Assembly (NCBI RefSeq): GCF_964204645.1
Contig: NC_134036.1
Coordinates: 10,023,859-10,087,858 of the forward strand
DNA length: 64,000 bases
Direction: 5' to 3'
DNA from: Tubulanus polymorphus
Lineage: Eukaryota > Animalia > Nemertea
Part shown: positions 11,457 through 24,339 of the stretch, one piece after another
Position numbering within the stretch: the first letter of the stretch is position 1
How the letters are laid out: each line of letters starts with the position of its first letter
The notes under the pieces: model-generated
Databases searched by the model: none
Told to the model about the DNA's origin: nothing
The model's input: only the letters and a program-made list of their open reading frames with translations
Translations under genes and position numbers: made by a program

Positions 11457-12996
11457 TGAAGGGATTCAGTAATTGTTGAACACAGGGGTAAGTCAATGGA
11501 TTTAAAGAAATTTTTAGGGCTATAGTTAGAACATACATTGATATATTGTTTAATTGATTTTTGTAGGTCAGAAAGCAGTAGACCGCGAGCCCTGGGGCAG
11601 GGTAGCTGGGAAGGTTACCAGCATGTTGGGTTCTGCAAGAAAGATCTACTATGGTACAGCGAGGAAAATAATATCATTTAAAGAAAAAATGGCTAAGCTT
11701 CATAGTAAGTGATTCTGCAGCATTTTGTATTAGATGTTTATTATTTATTTCTATTGTTCATTACATTATGACTCTACCCTGATTATTATTTTGGAAAGTT
11801 GCTCTGATAATTAAAAATGACTTATGGCAAAGATTGGCAATGATTTCTTAATTCCGCAATTGGTGGTAACCTTGTGAAATAATGCCAAAAAATCAAGTCA
11901 ATTGTATTTGAAAGATTGTAAATTCAATGGAACTGTTGTTCTAACAAACTCCGGTATATAATAGTTTGTGAAAAATATAATTCGCAATAATAGGAATACT
12001 GCTCGTTATAGCAGACAGTCAATTTACCGATCAATTTTGTTAATTGCTGTGAAGTTTATTTTGACAATGTCCATTGAATGTTTGTTAAAGACTAGTTGAT
12101 AAAAATTCAAGTTGATCAATTCTCTAATTTTACATATGTTGACTGTTTTTTTCTTTTATACATCCATCATTTTCAATTCATATTGTTGTTTCAATAAAAA
12201 CCTTTCAAAAATTATATATGACTGTGTTTGTCTTTCTTAGCCATCTAATTCAAGAAAGGTTACTTGGGGTTCTTGGATCAAATTTATAGCAGGATGGTAA
12301 TTTTATTCATAAAGAATGTATCTGGATCGAAATATTCCTCTAACATATCGTATATTATGGGTACCCTGTGTATAAATTATTTACAATAAGTGAAAGGAAA
12401 TGAGTCTCAGGATAAAGTTTTTGTAAAAGAAGTGTGGTTCTGACAGCTGTATTATAAAGGTGAGTTTCTTGACTATTTCAAAGTTCATTTTCAAACTAAC
12501 TTGAGTCTGTCCTTGGGTGAAATTGAAGTTTGTTACAGGACAATTGTTAGTCAAAATAGTGTTCCAAAAGTGGTAGCATTTGACATGGTGAAATATCGAA
12601 TTATCACTAACAATTTCTATCTGATGACAGACTGGTTAATTTTTCTTTTGCCTAATTAATCATTTAATTTCCTCTGCATGCAACATACCAACAAATTTAA
12701 AACTATTCCATTTTCAGCAAGTGGTAGACATAGAATTTATTGAAATCATTGTTTCACAATAGACAAATTGCGTCAAACTAAATACATGTATTACCTTATA
12801 TATAATTAATTAAAAGCAAAAAATGCTGATACCTTTATGTTTTAAATTGTAATATTACAAAATGTTAGTTGCATTAACAGTTTTTAAAGTACGCTCGTGC
12901 AAGCTGCACCATATAAATTTTATTTACAATAATTACTGGGTTGTACCTTAAGTATTTAATCTAATGAGTTGAATGTTCTTTCAATCAATCTAACAG

Positions 12997-15560
12997 GCTC
13001 TAGGAGAAAATCAGCGAAAAGTGACATGCAGTTGGCAGATGAAAGCAATGAAACACTTTTAACCGCAACCCCTTCTTCAAATGATCACCTGACATCAACG
13101 CCATCATCGTCAACACTTTCATCACCCATAGAGTCTATAATCCCCCCTGTTAGTACGCCAATTTTAAAAAGTTCGGAAAAATACATACTAGAAGATAAAA
13201 TCGAATGTTTGAGAGCAGAAATGAAAAGACTACAGGATATATTGAAAAACCCGAATCTCCTAATGATTACGTCAGGCACTATCAATGATGAAACATTTGT
13301 GGTACAAGAATTAAACAGCGCTAATCAACGAAAAAGTTCATTTATATGTACAAAATTAGATATACCAACTGTGGGGTCATCAATTGCCAGTCGACAGACA
13401 CTTGAGAAGAGAGCTTCTAAATTATTTTCTGTAGCGAACATCATTTCAGCCAAGTCCAAATCAACAATCGATACAGCTGCTACAGTTAGTTCGTTGTTTA
13501 ATCAGAATCAGGAGCTTAAAGAATCAATTTTTTCAAAATCTCCGGAGTTGTGTAAACCTCAGAAGCTATCTCCTGAAGAGTCTGTCGACTTGAGGCTTAG
13601 TGCTCGATTGACAATGAGTCAATATATTTCTATTGACTCAATCCTTAAAAACAAAGGTATCTATGTATTTCCCTCGGTCAATAAAATACGAGAAGAGATA
13701 AAGATTCGCAATGAGGATTTCACGAATAATTTATTCGTTGGTGAAAAGTTAATGGAGGTAAATAGTAGATCTCATGAGTTTCAAAGTGCCCCATTTGATG
13801 TAGTCACTAATCTGAAACAAGCGGTTGAACTTACCCTAAAAAAAATCTCGGCAAGTAATGCATTCGTGGATGATCCTAATTTCCATAATGAGATTTGGAT
13901 GAAAGTCGGCATTGATATAGGTGGGGGTTCAACAAAAATGGTGTATTCAATACTCAATAATAAACTATGTAATAGTCCCGACCAGACACAGCTAATGGGG
14001 TACTTTGAAGCCATAGATTCAAACGAAAACATTGAATCTATTTTTGGGCGATTTCGTGAACAGTTGAATGATCTCAATCACGTAGCATTTAATGGCGATG
14101 AAAAGTCTCTACGCATCTTTCACATAGGGGACATACATTATCTTTGTCAAAATTTAGGGCATCAGGGATCTACTGCCTCGTTTCCATGTTTATTTTGTAA
14201 GGTCAGGCTTGAAATTCTCAGGAAAAAGGATGCCACCCCCCATAATTCTAGTCATTCACCCTTTGAAATGCGAACGTTAACTCACTATCATGAAAATGCT
14301 GCAAAAGCAAAAATGTCTTCGCCTGGGCCAGACACTTTCAGTGTAAATGATAATATGATTTTCCCCCCTATAGATATGGATCATGTCGTACCGCCGCCTT
14401 TACATATTTCACTGGGCTTAGGCCTTATGTTTTTCAACATGTTGGAATCAAAATGTAAAGTCCTAGACCGTGGAAATTTATCTGAAAGAGATGCTACCCT
14501 AGACGAAAAGTGGCAAAAAGCATCAGAGGATGTGATCAAATTAGAGAGAGAAATAACTTCAGTGAGTGAGAACATCAATGAAAAAAATGATATTTTGGAG
14601 CTATTAAAAAATTCGAAAAAGAGAGGTCGCTGTGCCATAAGCTGCACAGCAAAAATTTGTATTATACGATGTATACAGAAGCCTGAGCCAAACCATTTTG
14701 TTGAATGCGCTGAATGCGAAATGCCCTATCATTTTCAGTGTGTAGGTGAGCAGAAAAATTTCAAGTGTATTGAATGTTTAACCGGGAAGGTCGAATCTGC
14801 CGAAAAAATCATAAAACTAAAATCTGATGAAATTCGGCATCTTAAGTCAAAATTGACTGAACTAAAAACCTCCCTTGCTGTGGCGAAATCACTTCTAAAT
14901 GAAATACATAAAGAAATTGATGCTACAATGGGTCCTATCACACGAAGTTTAAACAAAACATTGAAATCAATTGGTGTTGACAGACAAGCATATTACAGCC
15001 AGAGCTTTGTAGGAAACCATGTATATAAAATGATCCAAATCAATGAGAAAGTCAATAATCCTGCAAAGCTCTGTGCTGTGTTAAAAAAATATCCAGCAAT
15101 TCAAACACTTTTTTTAACACTGTTTGAAAAATTTCATGCGATGTATGTAATTTACAATGCAAGTAGATTTTTGTCGAATAGCGAAATTGACATGCTTGAA
15201 CGTTTATGTCTTGATTTTGGATCATGGTTTCCAGAAAATTTTCCGGAAGCTAATATAACGCCGAAATTACATGTTCTTATATATCATGTTGTGCCATTCA
15301 TTCGAATGTGGGGTACATTGGGTCTTTTTAGCGAGCAAGCTCTTGAATCGAAGCATGCGTTGATAAATAGAGATGTTCGCACGTACTGAACCATTCGTGA
15401 TAAAGTTCGCCGCACTAAATTAATTTTCCTCAACCAGGCACTCTATGCAACGAAGTCGATTAAACGTATTCCGATAACGCGTAAATGCCAATGTGGTTCC
15501 TTCTTGAGAAGCGTTAATGATAAACGCATATGCGATGGTTGTAAAAGTACATCGAACTGA
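12997..15560 (+). pseudogene. RAG1-like DDE transposase with an internal PHD-like finger; premature stop at 15387-15389
   Basis: KVGIDIGGG, IGD..L...GHQG.....PCLFC, PPPLH, ITPKLH and SEQALESKH motifs. Likely splice acceptor TCTAACAG ending at 12996. The frame continues past the TGA to ...RKCQCG...ICDGCKSTSN*. Confidence 0.8.
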
Positions 15561-17625
15561 TTTTCGAACATGCTGATCTCCAGAAACCTGATTCTGAAAG
15601 AGGAGATTTGTTAATAAACCTTTGTACATAAATAACTGCTGGATGTGGTTTAAGAGCAGCTTGTGAGCATGTTCAATTTTGTGAATATTATTTTGATGCA
15701 AGGCATTGAATGAAAATTATTATACAGCAAATTAAATATAAGTGAAATCAACTCACCAGTAATCTTATTCAATCATAACAAACATGTTGAAAATAACTTC
15801 ATAAATTCTTTCAAACCTGAAAGTCAAAATAGTGTTATTGATCATTTACACATATTCTTATCCACGAGCAAGGCGTACATGTTTGTATTATTAGAACGGT
15901 GAATAAATAAAATGACCTTACTTATGAATAACTTCATCTGTCACCCTTGAAAAACATTCTTTCAGTGTTTAATGATCTGTAATGTATAATAAATCAGAAA
16001 TGTAATGGAAGCTTTATGAATATTTTATAGTGCCGGTGATAAATAATAACTTTTTCTTTAAATTAGCATTAATCACTTATTTTTACACGCATGCTCGGCT
16101 TAAATGCCTCTTTGACGAGGGAGAAAAATGTATCCAAGCTAATTACAAACTATTTGAATCAAAAAGCTAATTTTGGATTTGTAATTAAGTAGCGGTTCCC
16201 TTTTCCCCAGAGTCAATTACCTCAGTTTATGGCATGCCTCGGACTTAGTTTGACCCAGGACAATTGTCTCAGATTGTTGCATGCCCCGATCAACTTTTAC
16301 CCCAGACAAGAGATGATTTATTGCCTTGGATCTTCGCATGCCCAGATGGAATGGATTGCCTTGGATTATTGTGTGCTTTCTAGGCCCACCTGATGACTCC
16401 ACGTTTGGTTGAAGGTCACGATCGCGCGCGATAGATTTGTTCGCGGATACCAAAAAATATCGATTTCCTAAAAGGTCACGATGAGTGCGCGAAGCTTATT
16501 CTTAGTATTGCTCTAGAGATGTTCGTGAATTGTTCAAATCACGATATCCAACGTACGAAACTAGTTCGGCACTTTATGCAACTAAGTCGAATAAGCGTAG
16601 TCCAATTGTCCGTAAATGCCAGTGCGGATTTTTTTCAAAAATATCGTCTCCGATACGAGGCGGTAAATCTGAAATAACAAGATTTTTTAATAAATAATAC
16701 ACTAAAAAGTCATAAAAATTATTTACAGATATTGTTCTACTTGCGAGCAGGGCTTTCATGCTTGTATTGTATGAGAATGGCGATCGATTAAACTTACTTG
16801 AATAGCTTTGTCTGTCCCCTTTGAAAAAACTTTGCTGTCTTAAAAAAACCTAGGCCTATAATATATAATATGATAGGGCTTACGAAATGTACTGGAGGCT
16901 TTAGGCTTAGATTGACTATAATCGCACGGCGTCGATTGCCACAGATTATCAGATTATCGCCCACTCTCTAGGCCTACCTGACAATATTACAACTCTTAGT
17001 ACAATTCATTGTGGTCACAACCCATCCCTGCTTCGACTGCCCCGAAAAAAACAAATAACTGAGGGAATTTACTAGCCTCGGACGGGTCAAATTATCTGAC
17101 AGTTTGCACTTCAATATACATGAAATAGGCCCATCGATGGAGCTAGGCCTGAAGGTGAATGCGGTTAACTGTTGATACGAATCTTTTTTTCATTATGGGT
17201 TGACATCTTAACAGAATTACTTCAATATAGGCCGCGGTCTGAGTTAAGAATTTGAAGTGGAAATATTTCCGGGTTTCAGCGAACCCGGAAGTAAGTAAAC
17301 AAATTCAGTCGTATTTTTACATTTATTGGGTCAACATGCAGCAAACATACACCATTTAACGGCCACAAACGTAATTCTTTACTTACATTAACAAATGACA
17401 CCCATTAAAGCAACTGGAATGGTTTCAAAGGCAACCAATTCATGATACACTCCGATATTTTAACTATCGTGTCTTTGCGAGGATGACTCCACGTCTTGCT
17501 GAAGATCGTGATCGCGCGCAATAGATTTGTTCGCGGCCACCGAATAATATTGATTTCCTTAAAGGTCACAACAATTACGCGAAACTTCAAGGTCTCTTAT
17601 TCTTAGCGTTGTCTGTACGTACGTG

Positions 17626-19611
17626 TGGTACGAAATTAACTTTCTTAGCTTGTAAATTGCAATCTTCATGAGCAGTTCCACGATATTTTGAATTTAAATG
17701 ATCATGATCTCTAACTTTTTTATCAAATGAATAAAAACGTTTTTCACAATAACAACAATGAGTTGCATAATTAAAATCAATTTCATCTTCTTTTGTCATA
17801 ACTATTCTTTTATTTTTGTTTAATAATTTTGCAAAATCACTTTCTAATTCAATCATTTTATCACAAAAATCATTAACTACATTTTCACCTCTAAAAGAAA
17901 TATATTGACTTTCATATAATTCAGGATAATTTGATTTTATGTAAATTCCATAAGCAGCAGCTCTTTGATGAACTTTTTTAATTGTATTTATAATTGGTGG
18001 GTCTTGAATTATATCTTCATTTAATTCATTTCCTTTATCCATTGATTTTAATAATTGCTTTTTGTTATATATTTCTTTTCTATCTTGATCAGTTAATTCT
18101 TTATTCAACGATTCAAAATCCCCATAAATTACAAATGGAACAATATTTTTAAATTTATGATTAGTAAATTTCAATTCATAATCTTTTTCTGTTGGCATTA
18201 TTAATTTACAAAAATCTTTATTATCACATAATTCTTTATGTTTTAATAATGTATTCTCAGTCATAAATTTAGATAAACATTTTCTACATAGATAAATTTT
18301 ACGATGATGATCACTTTCTGTTCTAAAGAATAAATCAATTTGTTTTAACCACATATAATGTTCATTTTCATCTTTTTTGTAATATAACAAATCTATAACA
18401 TTTTCATCATCATAATATTCTGTTAAATATAAAGCTTCCAATGTATAATCTTTAATATTTTCACCTTTTGTCTTTGGTAATTGCATTAATTCAAATACAT
18501 TTATTTTTAAATTATTAACTTTTTCTATTTTAGGAATCATTTTTATAGTTACTGGATATTGATCAATTTTATATAATGTTTCATATTTCCGGTAATTTGT
18601 TATTCTAAAACTATGTGTCATATCTTCTGTTGGGTGTAAGCAACTAATAATTGACCATAGATAACATTTATTATCTTCATTTTGAACATTTATTACTGCT
18701 TTTGTTGTAAATGGTAATTTAATATAAGAAGATGCTTTAATATCCTTTTCTGTTGTAAAGTTTGAATCATTTTTAAACATTTTATTACTTTTTGATGTTT
18801 TATTTCTTTTTGTATTATAAACATTTAAATCTAAATATATAATTTCATTCAATGTTAAGCCAGAACCCTCAAAATATCTTTCTTCAATATGACGTTTAAA
18901 TTCATTAAATATTTTTTCTAACTTCTCTTTTATTTGTGTTTTTGAAATTATTTCTTCAGAGTGTGTTTGAATATTATAATTCATTTTTTCTTCTGACTTT
19001 ATAAAACTTACTTTCCCAGAGATACTAATTTTTGGATATTCAACATCTGTTATCAAATCTAGTATTTTTTCTATTATTTCATTAAATTTACTATAATCTT
19101 CTATTGTTGTTCCTTTAAAAAATCTAAATATAATAGCTGCAGGACCAATATTACTATGTAATGTTTCTGAGATTTCAATTGTATCTTTTATTTCTAGTGA
19201 ATCAATATAATTTCTAACATTTTCCATGTAAGGTTTATTTGAAATGGATTTAGTTTTTGCATTTGGTTTTTTTACTTTTTGAGGTTTATCGTCAAAATAA
19301 TCTTTTCCTAAAACATTATTACTCAAATTTTGGCGGTGTTTTTGTGATTCGAGATGTCTGTTATAATTCCTTTTTACTATAAATTCATTACAAACTTCAC
19401 ATTTTATTTCATCCACATTCATATTTTCTAATCTTTCTTTTCTTTCATTGGAATTTTCTGGAGTTTCAAAATCTATTACATTTTTTATATGATTTGCAGT
19501 TTTTTCATGTCGTGTTTTATGAGATGTATCAATGTATTTTTTACAATATTGGCAATAATATTGATTTTTATTAACATTATTGTTTTCTGGCTGGTGTTCA
19601 TTCTCTCCTAT
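17626..19611 (-). pseudogene. pPolB N-terminal segment (zinc fingers, terminal-protein/vOTU-like region, ExoI, EndoVII-like HNH insert)
   Basis: SYIKLP...NEDNKCYLW...HYMWLK, YGDFES and CCYC...VRDHDH...YRGTAH..CN. The frame extends 63 codons above the track ATG to an ATA at 19611. Confidence 0.9.
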
Positions 19612-19696
19612 TTATTAGGAAAAAAAATTACTTGTGGTGATGAGTGGTGTCTCGCCCTCTCGCCCTCTGGTATGAAACCCATATCTTCCAATTACT

Positions 19697-20204
19697 GATT
19701 TAACAAGACCAAATGTGTCACCAAGTGCATCCAAATAACTACCCGTTGCGTAATATCGGAGAGAAACCTTCACTTGTAACTCAGCAGAAAGTGCTTTGGA
19801 ACGTTGTGTATCATACGTTATATCATCTCGAATTAAATCTATTATTCGTGTGATATTTTCCGAACTAAAGCTATATTTCTGTCTCACTTCATTTTCTAAA
19901 TAATCATTAATTGCAAATTTAACTGTTTCGTGATATCGATAGCGGCGTGGGTGTCTATAAATTCGTTCTTGATAGATATCATCATAAAAAATGGCAGCCA
20001 TTTTGATAATTTATCCTGGTGATAGTGTTGCTATCACCACGTCGGAGGTGTGTTAACTTTATCACGGGGATAGCTGATTTTATCCCGGTGATAAAGTTAA
20101 CACAGGTTTGAAAAACACACTATCACAGTGATAAAAATATTTAACACCGGGATAGCGATTTATCACCGGGATAGGGCTTATCACCGCTTTGAAAAACGCA
20201 GCCC
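19697..20204 (-). mobile_element. PIF/Harbinger transposon 5' end with a truncated HARBI1-like transposase (19697-20001)
   Basis: ALSAELQVKVSLRYYATGSY motif, GGGCTGCGTTTTTCAAAGC terminus and TATCACCGGGATA subterminal repeats; cut by the Polinton terminus. Confidence 0.75.
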
Positions 20205-20767
20205 TGGGCATTTCATTGGTCAACAATATTTCTATGTAAGGCTTACAATATATAGATCTGGGCATTATGTAGACACTCTCCTAACCATGCTGGTCAAGAC
20301 ATCATGTAATACATATATAGGCAACGAGTAAGTTCCTGATTATATTTTTTCTATATTACGTAAGTGATACTTTGTGAAGGTCAATGTACATGTATTAATT
20401 TCTGTTTCGTTTATTTTGTAGTTTTGAATGATATTGATAGACAGATATATAAGATAAATATTAAACCGACATCATCTTCGTCATCATCTCAAAACGTTGT
20501 CGTATTATTCAATTAGAGAAACGACTGGTGGAATTACTATTTCATAAACAACTATATTTTATTCTACAATCATTATCGATTTCCACATTCCAAGCCGCTC
20601 GGGAGCCGAGCGGTAAGGTATGCGTGGAATGCAGGAATCAATAAAGTATAATACAACATCTGTCACTGCGACATTAACAATAGCTGAACATAGAATAATA
20701 GAAAATGCAATTAGGGTAAATATAATACTAATACAAAAAATCTATATTGTATGAAAAACAACTGCTG

Positions 20768-21499
20768 TTATAAATCATCATTAGGATCATATAATTCCGA
20801 CCAGAATTCTTTGATTTCGGGGTAATTTTCAAACATTTTTTCGATTTCTGTCAAATGATTAATAACGGTATCAAATGGTAAACCCAATAATTGAAATTTT
20901 TTAAATGAATATAATTTCCCAATCCATCTAAGTTTTCTTTCATACCCGACACTAATATGTATATTTTCTTAACCCAAATTAGCCCATGAAATGTTTATAG
21001 TTTGAGTCGAGTGAAAAAGAACAAACCCTTTATTCAAGGAATTCCCAAAAATTATGAAATTCCAAAGATGATTTGTTTGTTTCGTTAACAATTTTTCATA
21101 CTCGCTTATCAGTAATCCACTAATTTCTGAAAATAAATGCGCGTCTATTTCACTAAAGTTCGATAAATCTCTATGATCCATTAATTTTGATTTTAAATAT
21201 TCGTGTAGTTCATAACCGCTCAATTTGATTCTATTTTCTTTAAGTCCTAATAATGTTTTTAAACTTGGTGTTGGTATTTTTGGTAATTCTTGTATATTTG
21301 ATTGTTTGGTTGTCATTACTTCGTCCAAAGTTGACACTAATTGTTTATAATAATCCATTTGTTTCCTGAGTTTTTCGATATTTTTGTCTTCTATATCTAT
21401 TACAGTCTCTTGTGATGGTGTGTTGACATCCATACATTCTGGCTCCTCCCTTTCTTGCGTCAGTTTTGGAGTAGATGGAGTACTTGATCTGTATGACAT
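20768..21499 (-). pseudogene. Polinton-associated hypothetical protein (paralog of 31351-32079), frameshifted
   Basis: Shares HLW.[FY]IIFG..LN.GF, ISW and the C-terminal PEI..FW.EL. Confidence 0.7.
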
Positions 21500-21544
21500 T
21501 TTTTTTACCAAATATCTAGAATGTAGAATAAAACTAACTTGAAG

Positions 21545-23915
21545 CGGTTCCTGAACTTCGCTGAAAAAGCTGAAACACTGAAAAGCTGAAACGCTGAAAT
21601 AAAAACGCTGAAATTTCAGGGAATTTCCGAAAAACGCCGAAATTTCAGGGAATTCCCGAAAAACGCTGAAATCGTGCTAGGTACCGACAATACACGTTTT
21701 GAAATGTTTTCCGGGCCGGTGTCCGCTGACGAGTCCTGAACCGTGTTTTATGCTCTACCTTCGGTTACAGAGACATGCCCTAAGGTCGTCGTCATGATCG
21801 ACTTGATCGATTGCGGATTGCGTGGATTGTTAGATGTGTTTTTTGCCATAGTTTTATGTGCATATACCGGTACGATCTAACAATGAAGTTATCACTTCAT
21901 TTGAATAAATTCTTAATCACAGTAATATTAATTCACAATATTTTTTCTTATGTTTGGTGATTTCTTGCAACTTATCATTGCCAAGTCTCATACAAGTAGT
22001 AGCTGAATGAAAGTACAGTTAGGCTGAACCTGATAACCCAAATTAAGTGCTAGCATGGAACTAATGATTATTTTGATTCTATTTTCGGTGTCATTGAAAT
22101 TCGTTAATAAAGGTTCAACCGTCATAGTATACTGTACTTAGCATTGCTACAATTGGGTGCCATATTTCTACAATTTCTACAAGGAGGAAGGAATCTTTAA
22201 GTGTCTTTGTTCCCGGGTAGGGTACGGGGTAAAACCTGGTTTACTTTCTCTTTCGACTTGCCGGAGACTACTATCTGCAATGTATTGCATGCTTTGATGT
22301 GTCTGGCCTATAGGAGTCGAACGATATTTTTTTCCCATACACAGGCATGGCTTTAGTGTAGATGAAGGCTAGGCACTGCACATTGTGGATTGACTGGAAC
22401 TCTTAACTCACAAAATTAAACGAGTCAACAAGAAAGATCCAATAATTGGACATTTGTCTAACTATATTATTTAACAGCTTGAAATAATACATAACACATT
22501 CTGCAAGAGTATACAAAGGAAATCAGTTCTTACATTATATCAGAATCAATAGTTCGCTTAACTAGAATTCTGGTTCCATTGCTTCATATTCTAATGAAAT
22601 CCACTAGTATACCTTAGAATATCGCTTAGCTTAAGACTAAAAATTTGGTACCAGGAAACAGGGAAGAAAAGTGGGTGTACTGTACATCCGCAATTGACTT
22701 ATTTCTCTCTGGTTGAATCAAGTTATTATTGAAATAGCATTCGAATAGCCATTTTATTTTTAAAAATTGTGTCGTTCAGCTATCCTGCTGCAAATTTCGC
22801 AGTTGAAGTTTACTGGTGCCATCTGATTTCTCAGTATCTCAAAAAATTTGCACATTCTAAGCCTGAATCTAAAAATAGAAAAAGGTGCATTTTAGTCGGA
22901 TATAAAAGAATAATGGCTAATACACCCTGGACTATATAGCCTATGGGGTGGGCTTAGTTTGAAAGCACTGAGGTCCGAGAGAACAGCACTTAGTAAATAA
23001 ATACTGAAATTAAACTTACAAAACACCCAGTACTTGAGATGATGTACTTGACAAGAAGTGTCACCAGCTAAGCAAATCAACTTTGTCTATGACTCCTCCT
23101 TTTATAGATTCAGTAGTAGTCTAAAAATAAGAATCGGTACATTTTTCTAACAGTTGGTATGTCATTTCTTCAAAAAAACTAATTATTATCACGCCACAGC
23201 AAATAAATTATTCACAGTTGTTGAATGGTTAGCCCGATTTAGATTAATTGGTTGACGCTAATCAGTATGACCCATACGTAGGGGCCTACTGCATGCCATT
23301 GGTGTCAATCCATTCCATTCCATTCCACAGTGAATTAAAAAGAAATTTAGTTAGATCCCTTTTGTCCAAAAGCTGCATCATTTATATAACTAGCTGTCAA
23401 ATTTAATTTACCTCCTTCAGAGAATACCATAGTGACATAGTCCGTCGCCCATCAACGTGTTGACAAAAGAAAAGTTGCTCCATGTTTTATACATGAACGT
23501 TCAAATAAGATATTTTGCGTCTTGCAGGGAATATTGAGCATAGTGTTTAAGTTGGCTTGCACGGTTTGTGAATGGGTTTTCCTCATTATGCTGCCTGTAT
23601 GCATTAAAAATCCGGATTTCAAGCGAATTAATATGTCCAACAAGTGGCCCTCTAAAAGTATACTCCACACATACTGTCCATGCGTGTCTCTGTAACCGAA
23701 GGTAGAGACTAAAACACGGTTCAGGACTCGGCAGCGGACACCGGCCCGGAAAATATTTCAAAACGTGTATTGTTGGTACCTAGCACGATTTCAGCGTTTT
23801 TCGGGAATTCCCTGAAATTTCAGCGTTTTTCGGAAATTCCCTGAAATTTCAGCGTTTTTATTTCAGCGTTTCAGCGTTTCAGTGATTCAGCTTTTTCAGC
23901 GAAGTTCAGGAACCG
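21545..23915. mobile_element. Non-autonomous Mutator-like (MULE) element
   Basis: About 230-bp TIRs starting CGGTTCCTGAACTTCGCTGAAAAAGCTG; perfect 9-bp TSD AACTTGAAG (21536-21544 and 23916-23924). Confidence 0.88.
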
Positions 23916-24339
23916 AACTTGAAGTTGTAGTTGTCAAATATCAATTACAGCACTTAAACATGTTTAACGTTTCCCGACGCCTTAATAACAACAAAAAACA
24001 GTACTTACATTTATAACTGTAAACTCCTAATTGTGTTACTAGAGAAAAATCTTATACGTTCTATATATTCCGTCTGTTCAGTTCGGCTGTTGTAATGCGA
24101 CTGCGCTCAATATACCCAGGCACTGTCTGTCTAAGCAACAGATGTTCCTTTGTGATGTAATTGATTAATCCTTTTCAACTGAAATAGCACATTCGATCAA
24201 TATTCAAATGAGGTACATCCCATTCAACTGAATATAAAATGTGGCACAGATGTTAGTATAATTGCATATAGGCAGTTATAATGGATAACTATATACACAC
24301 ATACACGAGCGACTCGAGTAGAGTTCTTATTATAAACGC

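Larger units (their letters stand above)
9713..17625 (+). mobile_element. RAG1/Transib/Chapaev-related DNA transposon, full length (7.9 kb)
   Basis: 17-bp perfect TIR CACGTACGTACAGACAA (9713-9729 and 17609-17625); 4-bp TSD TGGT (9709-9712 and 17626-17629). Excision restores pPolB NFVPILFHN. Confidence 0.9.
1..19696 (-). mobile_element. Polinton/Maverick (adintovirus-like) element A, decayed; the other end lies outside the window
   Basis: Terminus 5'-AGTAATTGGAAGATATGGGTTTCATACC at 19696 (minus strand). Contains pPolB, penton-like, VLTF3-like and small membrane ORFs in very AT-rich coding DNA. Interrupts a Harbinger transposase at 19696/19697. Confidence 0.9.

Noticed and set aside
1-19696. 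Integrase, packaging ATPase, protease and major capsid genes of Polinton A
   Set aside because: Not recognisable in the window; probably left of base 1
21724-21760. CTGACGAGTCC as a hammerhead core
   Set aside because: No closing GGAC-GAAA, and the opposite TIR reads CTGCCGAG
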